NCBI GenBank assembly: GCA_002633005.1
Contig: NMRA01000104.1
Coordinates: forward strand, 124,001-188,000
DNA from: Phoronis australis
Taxonomy: Eukaryota; Animalia; Phoronida
Direction of reading: 5' to 3'
Length of the DNA stretch: 64,000 bases
This document shows positions 1 to 12,691 of the stretch, piece by piece (the first letter of the stretch is position 1; the number at the start of each line of letters is the position of its first letter). The notes beneath the pieces are model-generated. The model saw only the letters and a program-made list of their open reading frames with translations. It did not search any database and was not told where the DNA came from. The position numbers and the translations under genes were made by a program.

Positions 1-364
1 ATGCCTCGTTCAGCATATGCATCCTATTTCGTTCTCTGTCAGTCGCTGCTCGTGCGTTGCCCTTCTCGTCTGTTTCTTGTTCCGCGTTCTCTTCCACCCG
101 CGATAACTTTTGTTTACCAACCGAGTTTGGATTGGTGACGGGCGAAGTTTGCGATGTTATTTGAATATTTGCTAGCGTGTAGTCTGGACACGAATCTGGC
201 TGGTAGAAATACGGCGATGATACATGCATTGCACATTTGTCAAAATGGTACAGAGATGACGCACTGCAATGGTTCCACTCACTGTTGCTATAAAAGAACG
301 GCGAATAGTATTCCTGTTGAGACAATCCATAAAAATCGTCCAGTCGCTGATAGACGTCTGTCAT
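1..364 (-). CDS. Group A bHLH transcription factor, N-terminal part; truncated by window edge
   Basis: Manual translation of the minus strand from ATG at 364 gives 121 open codons: MTDVYQRLDDFYGLSQQEYYSPFF...EKGNARAATDRERNRMHMLNEA. The end matches the basic region and helix 1 of atonal/neurogenin/twist-class bHLHs (RERxRMxxLNxAF). Absent from the ORF track because there is no stop in the window. Confidence 0.85.
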   Translation of the reverse strand, partial: MTDVYQRLDDFYGLSQQEYYSPFFYSNSEWNHCSASSLYHFDKCAMHVSSPYFYQPDSCPDYTLANIQITSQTSPVTNPNSVGKQKLSRVEENAEQETDEKGNARAATDRERNRMHMLNEA

Positions 365-491
365 GGCTAATGACACCCACACAACTTTCAAACGCTGTCT
401 AATACTTGTGAGACTTTAATGCCTCTGCCAAATGTTCACCGCTTTCTTTCGTGTAAGACTAAATTATCCTCTGGCATCAACGGTCTTCAGG

Positions 492-498
492 TTTTATA
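492..498 (-). promoter_or_regulatory. TATA box of the bHLH gene
   Basis: Minus strand GGG-TATAAAA-CC, about 130 nt upstream of the ATG at 364. Confidence 0.45.
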
Positions 499-1790
499 CC
501 CGGTCGTCGCTGTCTGTGGTAGTGATAAAATTTCGCTACTCGGTCTCAAAAAGAAGGCAGCCAGCGTGAAAACAAGAGATAAAGTTTTCTTATAATCATA
601 TTAACGCCGCGACAATCATTTGAGAAGATACTAAGTGACGGAGTGTAAATTTGATAATGCGTTTTTATTGGATAAGTGGAGCAGTTCTAGTTACCATGAC
701 TATCACGCGATGGGTTATGGCACTTGTCTATCGTCGAATAATGTTAAAACTGCATTTCCTTCCGTTAAGCTGCTCGAAAACCGAAAAAGGAGACTACCAT
801 AGACCATTTATACCTCTACAAATGAAGCCAGACTCGCATGCTTTTATGTTAGGACTTTACGATTGTTGACGTGTAGAACATCCAGAGTATTTGTGATTTT
901 TTAAAAAAATCTAACTTTCTCAGAAAAAAATGTCATATTTTTATTCGGACATTTGCTTAAACTTTAGGTTTGAGATTATTTCTAAAACTTCAAAGTGTCT
1001 GTCAAGAATTACAAGTCTACGACGTTTAAGGTTTCGAAACCTCCATTCCCGGGGTTAAATTGACAGTTGAGGGAATTTTATTTAATTTTCTAAAATTTGA
1101 CTAATTGCCTTAAACGGTGGTCTAAAAATGTCGCAGTAAATACTGCCACGTGTGCGCGCTAGGCTCTTGATACTTTACCATGTTGCCAATTAGAAAATAG
1201 CGGAAGTAATCGACATTAAGATAACTTTGACGTAATTAGCAATTAGACACTCATCAGAAGTCTGGTGCCTTTCTCGCGGTTACCGAGTACACGCGGTCAG
1301 AGTGGATGCATTTGTGCAGTGACATAACTTGAGACGAATTTGTTGCAGCCATGTTGTTTTATTTATTTTACGTTCGGTCTCACGAAACGGATGTTTTGAG
1401 AAGACGTTTATAGTGACAATGCTAGATCTGTAACATACGTAATACCTCTCTTTTGAAATTGGTTAAAATGTTGCACAAAGCTAAATCGTTGTAACACAGT
1501 GCTCTCATTACATGAAATAGATCTTTTGTGAATGCAATCGAAATCAGGGTCGTAAGAAAGATGATTTTTTCTCTCCATTATTCACAAATTCTTTAGTACA
1601 TGGGCCATCATTAAGTACTCGAACCCCGTCACTATTAGTTTTGGCCAACAAATCATTTTTGCTCTGCGAGTATCGATCGTTTAGCCTTGTTTACTATTTA
1701 AATTGTTTTTCAATGATTGTTGTGGCTCAACATGAAATTGAAAATTAACTGACTTATGATTTATTGATAGTCACTGTAAACCATGTTCTG

Positions 1791-2195
1791 GGCCTAGGGT
1801 GTAATCTTTTTACTCGAAAATGAACTTGAAATTAATTGTGTTATTTTCTACTCTACTTTTGTGCGAACTCAAGATAAGTGTCTATTGGCTATGTTGGGGT
1901 AAATAATGGGTTACAAGGAAAACTTTTAATCCTAGTGTGAAATTGATGACGCCAGTATTAAGGCTAAAAGTTCCGAGCCTGAAATCGAAATTTCGAGTTT
2001 TTACTTGAGTTTGTTGCACGAATATATGGGTTATCAAATGCGAACTTGGACTAGAAACTCATTTGCATAAACCATAATGCACTCGAGCACGGACTACCCG
2101 CTAAGCCACTTATTTTGAGTTCACACAAAAGTAGAACAGAAATTGTCAAAAATAATTTCGAATTTGATTTCGAGTTCAAATATTAGACCCCGGTA
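1791..2195. mobile_element. PIF/Harbinger-like MITE, degenerate copy
   Basis: Ends (taatctttttactcgaaa ... tttcgagttcaaatatta) are inverted and resemble the copies at 27261 and 61392. Confidence 0.55.
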
Positions 2196-2259
2196 TTTTG
2201 CTCTTAAATTGAAATTGCCGTGTTACAATAAATCGCCTCCGTCGAATTCATTGCATGAT

Positions 2260-2650
2260 GGTCATACCGCTCTGGTGGCTGAAACTAACCCACGGTGCAA
2301 GGTTTTAATGAGCCTGGTCCGAAACAATAACGACCTGTCACTGCTTCTCCACCTTAGAAACCAGCTTCTAATCTGAGTTGCCACCCCCGGAACCACCTGG
2401 GTGTCACCGACATCCATCCCTAAAGCTCCAAAATATTAGTTTTGTGCCCATCGCACCCGCTTTATATCACCCTGCATTTTAATTTTACCTTCTTGGCCCT
2501 GGCTAAGCAACTCCATACAATATACTGGTGATTTATTTCAAAGGGTGGAAATAATTCCATGGCCGACCCGGAAACTCGACCGATACTCTCACGCTCCTGG
2601 TTGTCTCAACAGTCGTCTTGCAAATCAACGCATTACGCTCTCGCATCATT
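2260..2650 (-). mobile_element. Degenerate tRNA-derived SINE-like element
   Basis: Minus strand has a decayed tRNA-like head ending in a B-box-like GGGTCGAGTTTCC, followed by a GC-richer body. Boundaries approximate. Confidence 0.3.
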
Positions 2651-5600
2651 TAGTACGCGAGTGCGAATTCTCATGCTAGAAATGCAAGGGTATAACATTA
2701 GCTAGGACCATCTGTTCACCCGAGCGTGACCATCGTTATTTCACTAACTAGGGTAGGGGAACGTGTTTAGTGAAAAACATCGCTTGGGGTCATTTTGCAT
2801 TTATTTTCACATTAAATTTAGACTCCGCCATTTTCAAAGTCAAAATGACCCGTGAGGTCAGTCATTCGCGGTGTCAAAAAAATTTAATGCAACACCAAGA
2901 GGGAATTCGAGAGCCAACTGGTTACACAGCGAAAGACAATCTCAAATATTATATAGGCTGGTTACCTATCATCGCAAATTCCGTTGATGTTTGATCGGTA
3001 AAAATGATGACATTCCCTGTAGGCCTATTATTGCGTCACAAAAAGTGTCTTCAATTCACAGATGATGCCAGCTTATTTTTGAAATGATTCGGGTTGACCT
3101 GACTTTGGCGTTGAAACAAAATCGCAAGTCTGTATTTCTCGCTGGGCGCACGTGTTAACAAAGACTACGACTTGACTTCGCCATTTTTTGTGCAGCCGTT
3201 TCACAGTCATGCTGTGATCCTGAGAATACAACTTCGCGGGACAGTCGCCAGTGCGCTGCGGGTGCCCCTAAGCCGCGAACATTGTGACTTTTTTCCACGT
3301 CTAGTTCTTTTGCAGGGCGATCTAAGAAGAACGAGACTTCAAAGTCAAAACCTTGTTTTATATTGGCGGTGTAATTGTGGCACATTTTAAATTACTAGCT
3401 GCCAATCAAATTGCTGGTGAATAGAATACGTAAAGCACATCAACATTGCACATCTTTTCAAATATCTTCGTAAGTATGTTTCACGCGCTCGTTGATAATA
3501 GTTTGTGATTGACCCCAAGCACTCAATAGCGATCGACAAATGAGCACAAGTGGCGATGCGAAGGCAGTGAATAAACCTTGCCAGGCTATATGCAAATTAT
3601 ACTGCTCTGCACAAATGTCCTCAACCTTTACTGAATAAAACGTACCTTAAATGAATGACTAGTTTTGGACAATAGAGTTTCCACTAAAAGTAAAACATTC
3701 AAAAGTTAAGGATTTGTTCAACCTTAAAACCGATTTGAAGTGCCCTCATATTTTATCAGTGAAATTCACGGGGTCTGCATAGACAGCTTAGACGGTCTGT
3801 TTTTTGACATTTTTCGACAACTGTGCGCTTGACCGTTTTAATAAACAAAACACCGTGGCCACACGGGTTGGTCTTTTTGTGGTCTTCCCAGTAATGTAAA
3901 CACTGATTAATTTTATCTTTTGGACCTCGCAGATAAGGACACGCGAATGGCACGAGAGCAGCTGGTTTCTGGCTTGTACGCTCTCAAACCCACACTTACT
4001 ATATGCGTGAAGCTACCTATATCTAAAACACTTGAGCAGACCCGTAGAATACATTTCTGAAATATTACATTAGTGAAACGTAATGTATCCACTACAAAAT
4101 GGAGGACGTTGATGTGTATTCAATTTAACACTAACTTTTTAGGGGCAATAAACTCCGACCGTTTGTCAAAATCATTTAGTGTTATGAACGAAGTTGGCGT
4201 CATTACTTGTTTTGTTCCTTACTCATACAAACCTGGTGATTTTTAGGCTTAAGCACATACAATGTACAAGGTTGCCGTACTCACAAACGAATACTTCCTT
4301 CCCTGTACTTATAACATGGACTTTTTTCAAACATTTCTTGTGACAAACTGACAATTACAATACAATACAAACGCACATAAACATACTTAAACATTTACCA
4401 GCGTTATAGTTGTTCTCGGTTCCATTTTTGTTGTGATTTTCTTATGTGCTATTGATTTTACTAATAGTAAATTCTATATTTCTATATTTTTTCAAAACGT
4501 TAGTGCCATCAGTTGTTAACGGAATTTTGTTCTGCGTTCTACATTGATAAATGACATTTTGACATTTTTGTTATTAAAACTAAAAAAATTATACTGTTGC
4601 TACATTCGGTATTTCCAAACAGAATGTCAAGGCCATTTAAAAAATTGATCTTTAGGAAATCATCGCAAACTTTCTTCCACAACTCTCTTACATATCTGCA
4701 TTCCACAAGTAATATAGTCTCTTTATGCTCAGAGCAAAATGTGCATAGGTCATTCTCTTGAACTTTAATTAACGTTAAAAGGACATTTGCTGTTATAATA
4801 TGACGTACAATTTTGTACTGGAAATGCCTTAAATGTGAATCTAACGTTAAAACATACAGTAATCGATGAATTTTGGATCAATCAAAATCATCAACAGAAG
4901 TAAGGTTTAAATCTCTAACCCACTTCTAACGTAGACTTAGTAGAAGTCTATAATTATCTAGACGCTTAATAAACCTAGTCACGTACCCGATGAATTTTCA
5001 GTTCAGGTACGGATCTACGACTTCAGTGACAGGGGGTTTGCTTCTCCAGATAGAACAACTTCACCCCTCCCTGCCCCCCGACAAAGTTGGAGTTGCACAA
5101 CTTCAATCAACGAATGAAACCTCTAAGATGAAACCCTTCTCAAAAAGTAGGCGTTTGCAAAAATGTAACTTTTGTCAAGTTCCTACCCGAATATTTTTGT
5201 TGGGATTTAAAATCGGAAGACATCCCTTCGTAGATAGTAGGTTCTCACCTAAGAAAAAATCACCTACTGATAACGCCTGTAGGGGCCCGCGCTTTGATTT
5301 ACACCGGTTGTTATTAGTTTCGCAATTATCATAATCTGGTCTAGAGATCCCGCCCAAACTAAGTGGAGCTACTTTCCCGTCGGTATGCAAGTGAGATCCC
5401 CGGCTAGTCTCAGGATCCAGATCTCACCTATTCACCCGTTTTTACATTTCCAGAATGCGCTCTATGACTCAAGAGAACACGTGAAGTGTTCTCTCATGTG
5501 TATAATGCTAGTTGGCTGGCTTCCAAATAAGTTCCAGGCACGGTCATCCGACTGCGCACACGTGCTTCGTTACCAGACGACCGGTTAGGCGCCGCGGCAG

Positions 5601-7923
5601 AAGTATGATCTACCGCGGGTACCCGTGAAACTGCTTGCTGGCGTCCAGCATAGATATATATCTATGGCGGCCAGTGCAACTGACACGCGTAGACAGTCTA
5701 CTTGCCAAACAATATAGACCTAAAAATCTCCCGCGTAGGCCTAGTTAGCTCAGTTCTGACTGATTTCCTCAGACGAAAAATTGCACGGCGGGTAACTTGG
5801 CTTCTGATATTGGCCACTGTCCCATCGCGCGAAGCGGCGCTAGCTTTGCATCCATCCTCGTGAAAAAACTAAAAAACGGGGGCATTGTTGATCAACTTTT
5901 CATGACACTAAGATGCAGTTTGACTGTATATACGTATTTCAACATTTCAAGTTGTCTCATATTGGTCTCATCATCTGAATTTGTTATAAATAATTCAATT
6001 GCTGTTCAAGGATTTCGCTCATGTTGTTTCTTTGTGCGGTGAGATACGAAAACAGAAGGACACTTATAAGTTTCACGAAACCATAACCCGCGTTTCTCGT
6101 ATGCATTATGATGTTCAAATAATTTGCTGGAAAATGAAACAGACGGACGAAAAAAGTTCAGTAATATAACTCGATCGACGAGTTTTAGTGTTCGTCAGAG
6201 AGGGGAAGTGGTACCACAGTGGACACGGACGGAATAATATCGCTGACTGGTTGGTCCGCCACGGGCGGGCCAAGTGTTACGGGAGAGGGTGTAACGCGCG
6301 TGGGAGGGGAATATTCGCTGGCTATACCCCGACAACCGAGACGAGCCGAGTAACAAATGAGCAGTTGCCATCTGTTCACCGGTGATCACAACTTGCAGTG
6401 TTTATCATCTGGATTATGCATGGCTATGTTACATGAATAAAGGTTGTAAAATAATGTTTTATGTTCTACTGATTGACCTATCAAGAACCATGCTGTCAGA
6501 GTTTTACGCCAAATTCAGTGCTCAGAATAAAGCCTGGGCCAAAGAGATACAATAGGGTGTAGAAGGGCCCGGGTGTAGGGGACGGGCCATCCAATCACTA
6601 TGAATAAACACCTTTTGAAATTGTGACTATGATGTGTAGTTAAATTGAATGAAATTTCTATTTTATGTTTCATCTTTTGTACTTTTCTTAACACTACTGA
6701 GGGTCCACGCATTTGAATAGAGAGAGATAGGTTCATCCTGAAAAGTCCCGGGCATCACCAAACCCGTGCACCCAACTGTAGGGATAGCATTGAATCAGCC
6801 TCAAAACATACAAAGAAAACTTCCTGCCACACACCGCATGACTAGGCTAAGTTCGATACTACTCCCGGGTTTGTCCCGCTTTTAGCATTAGGCCTATAGT
6901 ATATTTTCCACTTGACCATCCAATCCAGCAAGTCTCTATATGTTCTGCCCCTGATCCCCACCTTGCGGTCAATAGACTGTACAACAGTTAGGATGGCCTG
7001 AAGACCTTCTGATTGGTTCGCTTGTAGCGGTATGTAGGCAATCCTTTCAAGTTAAGCGTCTACGTCAGAAGTAAATGTCACATTTCTGTTCATCTATTTT
7101 ACCAAAAGAACCTGCGACAAAATAGTAAACTACTTGGCGTTAATATAAACTTCCTGTTGAGCTTCCATGTGATATTATCCTTCACAAAAAGACTTCGCGC
7201 CCAAATTCATAACTGCGTTTCTGTAATTCCCCAGTAGCAAAATCGTCATTCATGCATTTATGCTCATCAATTATAAAGATTTCTCACTAGCTTGGCACTT
7301 CTGCTTAAAAAATACCCTGGTAAACTAGAAAAAAACTACGAGCCATGAGATTTGTTTGTATCGGCTACCCAAGCTTTTATGACGAGTTAGTTAAACCCTG
7401 TGTTGATAATTTCAACCAATCCTCGTTTTCTGTTACCTGCAGTGACGTCAATCTTGAAGTGACAGAAATCAACTAAAAACTCCTTCTCCCTATGTCACAC
7501 TTGGACATTCCCACAGTTGTGGTGAATTCGCTAAAAGTGTAGGTCACGCTTGCTCGTCACGGTTTAACAGCGGACTTTGAAGGAGTTTTCAAAATTTCCT
7601 CCAAAATTTTGAGGGTTAACTTGTCAACGTTTATAGAGCATTATTCTGTTTCAAAGAACTGGATAGAAAAGTCGTTTTTGGTATCTATTAATTGGTCAAA
7701 AGAGGGTTTGGGTCCTTTGAGTCAATCAAAACTTACCGACCCAAGTCACCTTCCGAGTCCGACGGTGTCCAGTCTAAAAGCTTACAAGGCCTATAATAAT
7801 TTCTTTTGCGAGTCGCCGAAATAATTAACTAAACTCTTCTAATTGAGCGATTGTAAGTCCAGAGTTAGTGCAGATAAATACGGCCAAATTTCGTTTTAGT
7901 ACCGTCCCCAGCAGGTTTGGAAC

Positions 7924-8083
7924 CAGGGGCGGATCCAAGATTTTGAGTTAAGGGCGGCCATGGCAGAGTATATTAAAACAGGATTTTGCCCGTAGGATAT
8001 TTGCACCTCCCAACTGCCAAATGGAATCTGGGAGAATTTTAGAGGGGGCCATGGCCCCCTTGGCCCCTCTCTACATCCGCCTG
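7924..8083. mobile_element. Short MITE, CAGNGGCGGAT...ATCCGCC family
   Basis: caggggcggatcc ... atccgcc termini. Internal sequence is similar to the copies at 8345, 29552 and 39117. Confidence 0.6.
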
Positions 8084-8344
8084 GGAACAACTAGCGTACC
8101 GGGTAGTTTAGAGCCTCGTGCTGGGCCGAACCTGAACTTATAGTGCCCGGACCGCAGTGTAAGTATGTAATCTTTGTCATGATCGATCAGACATCGATGC
8201 GTCATGCGTCGCTATGCACATAACCTAAAACGTAGTTACATGCTCTCCAGGGACGATTGATTTGTACTTTTTATTTTACCGCTCAGTGTAACCCGGCCTT
8301 GAGATTTTTACTTTTTAACCTTTCGAATTTAAACTTCGTGAATC

Positions 8345-8444
8345 CAGTGGCGGATTTAGAGGGGAGGGGGCCAAGGGGGGTATGGCCCCACTAAAATTTT
8401 CTCATATTCCATTCAGCAGTTCGGGAGTGCGAATGTCTGACGGG
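8345..8444. mobile_element. Same MITE family, cut by an assembly N at 8445
   Basis: Starts cagtggcggattt and is inverted relative to the 7924 copy. Confidence 0.55.
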
Positions 8445-9114
8445 NCTAGTGTGGCCTGATTTATATACCATACGTATATACCAACGTGAAATAAAGGTAC
8501 CCTCTGACAGCACCGTGGCACTGTTAGTGTGAACTGAGAAAGTAGTGAAGTAAAGCTTCATCCCAGACAACTTCCGGGACTGCTCTCCAGTGTTGAAGAT
8601 AAGATATCTTTGTTGTGATGTCTGGTTAGTATGGTTGGGACATAGGCGGATTGTGTTGAAATTGAAATTGTGTTCTGATTTATTTTGTTAACTATAGCAG
8701 GTGGGTTAAAATTTTCTCATCTGTCCAAATAATAAAATTGAGAACACCATCTTTTGGTAATTATGACCACCCCTCCTCCCCAGTGTTGTATTCCTCGATT
8801 ACAACACCAGTTATAAAAATTAGAAGACCATTAATTTGGCAGTTGAGTTACTTATCAGTGCGTGTGTGTGCGTGTGTGTTTGTATTAAGCCTACTACTTT
8901 TGGCGAAAGTCTTCATAGTACTTCATACATAGCTGGCTGGCTAGTGTTTTGAGACACCCTGTGAATGTGTTGCTCAATAAGTCGAAACGGGGGTAGTGGA
9001 ATATGGTAAATATCTCGTTCGGTAATGGTACAGGGTTATATTTGGTATTGAATCCTTTTTAAGTTTTTAAAATTCATGCTTTAAAACACTACCTTTCTTT
9101 GCTTTTAGTCAGTC

Positions 9115-10239
9115 ATGGTGGCCGTGGCTACAACTGTATTAGAACTGTGTCTGTGGGTCTTTATCTCAAGCTCTGTCGTGTTGTGTTGGAGCAAACTGTG
9201 TTGGAAAAGTAGGCACTCGTTGAAGGCTGCTACATCATTTGTTGAGGATAAAGTGATTACATATCCACTGAGGAAGAGAAACATCAAGACAGGGACTACA
9301 GAGAGCATACAACCATTGACTGAGAGTTTGACAGAACCTGGTGTTAGATCAAAGCCTTCAAGAAGAGTGCTCATTGCGTGTTTTGTGATAGGATATTTAA
9401 TTTTGGTTTTGTTTGAGACTCTTTTTGTTGGAGCTGTAGAGCCGTATGTATTATACACACCAACACAATGTAGCCGGACTGCCAGTGCGGCAAACCCAGA
9501 AGAATGTCTTGTACATCTCAATGTTTCATTTGAACATGTTTATTTCACAGGACATGACGGTACCCTTTTGCATGGCGTCTTTGTTCCATCCGATTTACCT
9601 AAGTCCTCCAACAAACCACTGAACATGTTGATAAACTTAGGAAGTGATGGCAATGTTGGGTTTCGATTTTACCCTCAGTTGTATGAATGGTTGGCCAAGC
9701 ACGGTGTCAATGTTCTGGCTTATGACTATCCAGGCTATGGTACCAGTGAAGGTACGCCAACTGAGGAATCACTGAACACAGCTGCTGACAGGGCACTTTA
9801 CTGGCTTTTGTCCAGAACTGGCGGTATTGTCCGCGATACACTGGTGTACGGCTACTCTTTGGGTGGGCCTATAGCCATCAGCCTTGCAGTAAAACACAGT
9901 GTGAAGGCAGTGGTGCTGCAGGCAAGCTTAGACAGAGTTGGGTATGTCTCACATAGCATGCTACCTTTTGGCGGATGGCTCCTGCCGTACACTTTACCAG
10001 AACAGTACGATGCACTCAACAATATCAAGCAGGTCCACTCTTGCACCTACTTCCTAATAGCGACAGATGATGAAGTATTTCCAGAAAGTCGCGAGTTAAA
10101 CCTGTACAACAGTGCGTTTAACATTCCTGCTGAATGCAAACATTATTACAGGCTCGTTGGATATGGCCATTTAGACAACCCTCTGAATGACAGTGGATTT
10201 GTGAAGTCATTCTCTAGTTTTATAGACTCCATGAAGTGA
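9115..10239 (+). CDS. Membrane-anchored alpha/beta-hydrolase (ABHD12/13/17-like), 374 aa, single coding exon
   Basis: AYDYPGYGTSEGTPTE motif, GYSLG nucleophile elbow, candidate catalytic Asp (TDDEV) and His (GHLD), two N-terminal hydrophobic segments. Splice acceptor ctttctttgcttttag ends at 9108; candidate upstream donor gtaagt at 8159. Confidence 0.9.
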   Translation: MVAVATTVLELCLWVFISSSVVLCWSKLCWKSRHSLKAATSFVEDKVITYPLRKRNIKTGTTESIQPLTESLTEPGVRSKPSRRVLIACFVIGYLILVLFETLFVGAVEPYVLYTPTQCSRTASAANPEECLVHLNVSFEHVYFTGHDGTLLHGVFVPSDLPKSSNKPLNMLINLGSDGNVGFRFYPQLYEWLAKHGVNVLAYDYPGYGTSEGTPTEESLNTAADRALYWLLSRTGGIVRDTLVYGYSLGGPIAISLAVKHSVKAVVLQASLDRVGYVSHSMLPFGGWLLPYTLPEQYDALNNIKQVHSCTYFLIATDDEVFPESRELNLYNSAFNIPAECKHYYRLVGYGHLDNPLNDSGFVKSFSSFIDSMK

Positions 10240-10352
10240 CACTACCACCTCGAGACGTTTTGTCAATTGTTTTATTATTTTTGATTATGGCAAATATATA
10301 TATATATATATATGTAAATCTTGAACGGTTTGGAAACAGATCACTAACATTT

Positions 10353-10540
10353 TTAAGTCTGGTCTGCACGCCACCTGTTGGCCACATCACATGACTGAAT
10401 AAACATAAGTATCAAAAGATTTCTGGCCTCGAATAGGACTCGAACCCAGGACCTTCTGCTAACCGTGCAGACTAACCATGGGTATGTTCACTAGTAGGTC
10501 ACATGATGTGGCCAACAGATGGCGTGCAAACCAGACTTAA
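10353..10540. mobile_element. Palindromic MITE flanked by TTAA, with an internal tRNA-like fragment
   Basis: About 50-nt inverted arms (ttaagtctggtctgcacgccacctgttggccacatca / tgatgtggccaacagatggcgtgcaaaccagacttaa). Internal ggactcgaacc is a B box on the minus strand. Confidence 0.65.
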
Positions 10541-12474
10541 TGTGCACTTCCAAATTGGAAATTTTCACAAGTGAGACACAGCTAATTGTTATCCATTGTA
10601 CATTACATGCTCAGCATCAAAGAGTCGTAATCTATTGCTAACCTGTGCTCGCCGTATTTGCTGGACAGGGTAATTGTTTTTTGTTGAGATGTATATATTA
10701 AAGACACTACACGTGACGCACCTTTTCCATACATACTCTAGATATTCATGTGATCGTGGTAATAACGTCCAAAATAAAAAAATCACAAGTGTGAGTTCTA
10801 GTTTTGCAGGATTTTTTCTATTATTTCAAAAGACACATCGAAAATGTCCCTCCATTTCTGAGTTAAAAGTTGCCCACTTCTATTAAACAGCTAGGCTAAT
10901 TAGTTTTATGGCGGCGCTAGTCAGCAGGCCAAACAAACTGTTATCGAGCTAGTTAAGTATGCGTGTAATATTGCGTTTATGCATGTATCTCGCGCTCTCT
11001 CGTTCTAAAATGCTGCACTTTGGGGTTTACGTCCACCTAGTGACACATGTAATCACTGCCTGACAATTTGTGAATTATCTGTAAAATCTCACGAAGTGAG
11101 GATGCTCTATGGTGGACCAATGAATTTTTATTACATCATTACAGTTTTCCAATTAAACCAATTAAATTATCGTTTCGTTTACATACAAATGCAAAACTTA
11201 TTAAATACGCGACACTACTTGTCGTTAACAATCTTTATCCTCAAAATAAAGTTCGACACTCAACAGAACATTGGTTAAGCAATTGACCAAGGCCTCGTAT
11301 AAATGAGAAAAATCCAATCTTTCTTAGCTTCTCATGCAAAAGTGTAACATTTTAAAACAATTGCTATCAGTGTACCGAATATAATATCAGAAAGTTTAAA
11401 AAAAACATCTATTTCTGCGATAAGATGTTCTGAAGTTGGCCAGTTTTGGACTTTTTTGTAGGTACCTACATATTAACTTGAAAGGAAAAATGAGTTTTGG
11501 GAACAGTATGTGCTTGAAGTTAGCGAGATTTTACAGTGCGGTGATGTTAGAAGCTCTTAATGCTTTTATCAATAAGGGCATCTTATATTACTGTTATAAA
11601 AATGGGAAATTCTCTGCATCACTTTACAGTTCAGAAAACGTACCTTCTACAAGTGCCAGCGATCACAGTCATGGACTCGGTAGTTAATTGCGACTATCAA
11701 AAATAAATTCAACTAACTGTAAACGATAACTTTTATTATTGTTTCTGCAGATAGCAGACACATGGCGCCCACTGTGACCAGCCCATTGTCCGTCTGCCTT
11801 GCAAATTTGTCTTGCATTGTTGATTTTCGCAGGCTCCTATTAGAGATGAGAACATTTTACACACAATTAGTTGTGGCATAAGTGGGAAACATGGTGAGCC
11901 GGGGACAGCCGCTCATACGAGCCATGTACTTGTAGCGATACATTTTTTCCACGAAACTCGATACAGTGAACACCACGCCCCTTCTTATTTACAGGGCCTG
12001 CCCACAGCTAACCCTGTCCAACAAAATCAGATTTCGAAAAAATGATCTGCTGGAGCTCAAGTGAAATGTTAAAAGTCCAAAAGGGTTCTAAAAATGCACT
12101 GGCCATGGTTAATTGTAATCTAAAATGAACATCATGCAAATTGCTTCACCCTGCATTATTGTCAATATTTTTATATTTTATATTTTATATTGTGATCAGC
12201 GACAATAGATTAAAACTTTAAGTAAATCTTTGATACCTTTCATTTCACTTGAAATGGCAATGAGTAATATTCGTTTCCGATGATACAACAAAAAAAACGC
12301 CGACTGAAGTATTGATATTTATATTAAGCATGAAATCAAACTAAACAGAGTACAAAAGAAAGATCAGTTGCAGACACATTGTACATCAAACAGTTAAGTT
12401 ACTAAGAGTGCCACGTCTTCCACTTCACGAGTTCAACATGCCTCACATTGATGCATACCATCGCGCAGTATTGA

Positions 12475-12691
12475 TTAACCATTCAACAAGCCCGCCCTTT
12501 CGGCTTCAGAGTATGAAGGCCCATTGTTGCCCTTGTCCTCAGGAGCCAGTTTAATCAAGTCGTCGATACGTAGGATTGTAATGGCAGCTTCAGTGGCGAA
12601 CTTGAAGCTCTTTATCTTGGACACTGCTGGTTCGAAGACTCCGGCCTTCTTGTTGTCTCTCACCACACCCTGGACTAGATCAAGACCATAC
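12475..12691 (-). CDS. TCP1: TCP1 exon 13 (terminal)
   Basis: [21 protein letters not shown]...LLNG*. Confidence 0.95.

Noticed and set aside
5649-5666. Palindrome catagatatatatctatg
   Set aside because: Short and AT-rich; no context supports a function.
154-8932. Short ORFs of 60-114 aa in the ORF track
   Set aside because: No recognisable motifs, many start at TTG/GTG, and several overlap repeats or are antisense to the bHLH CDS.
12008-12017. gctaaccctg as a telomerase RNA template
   Set aside because: Too short, and no pseudoknot or H/ACA domain seen.
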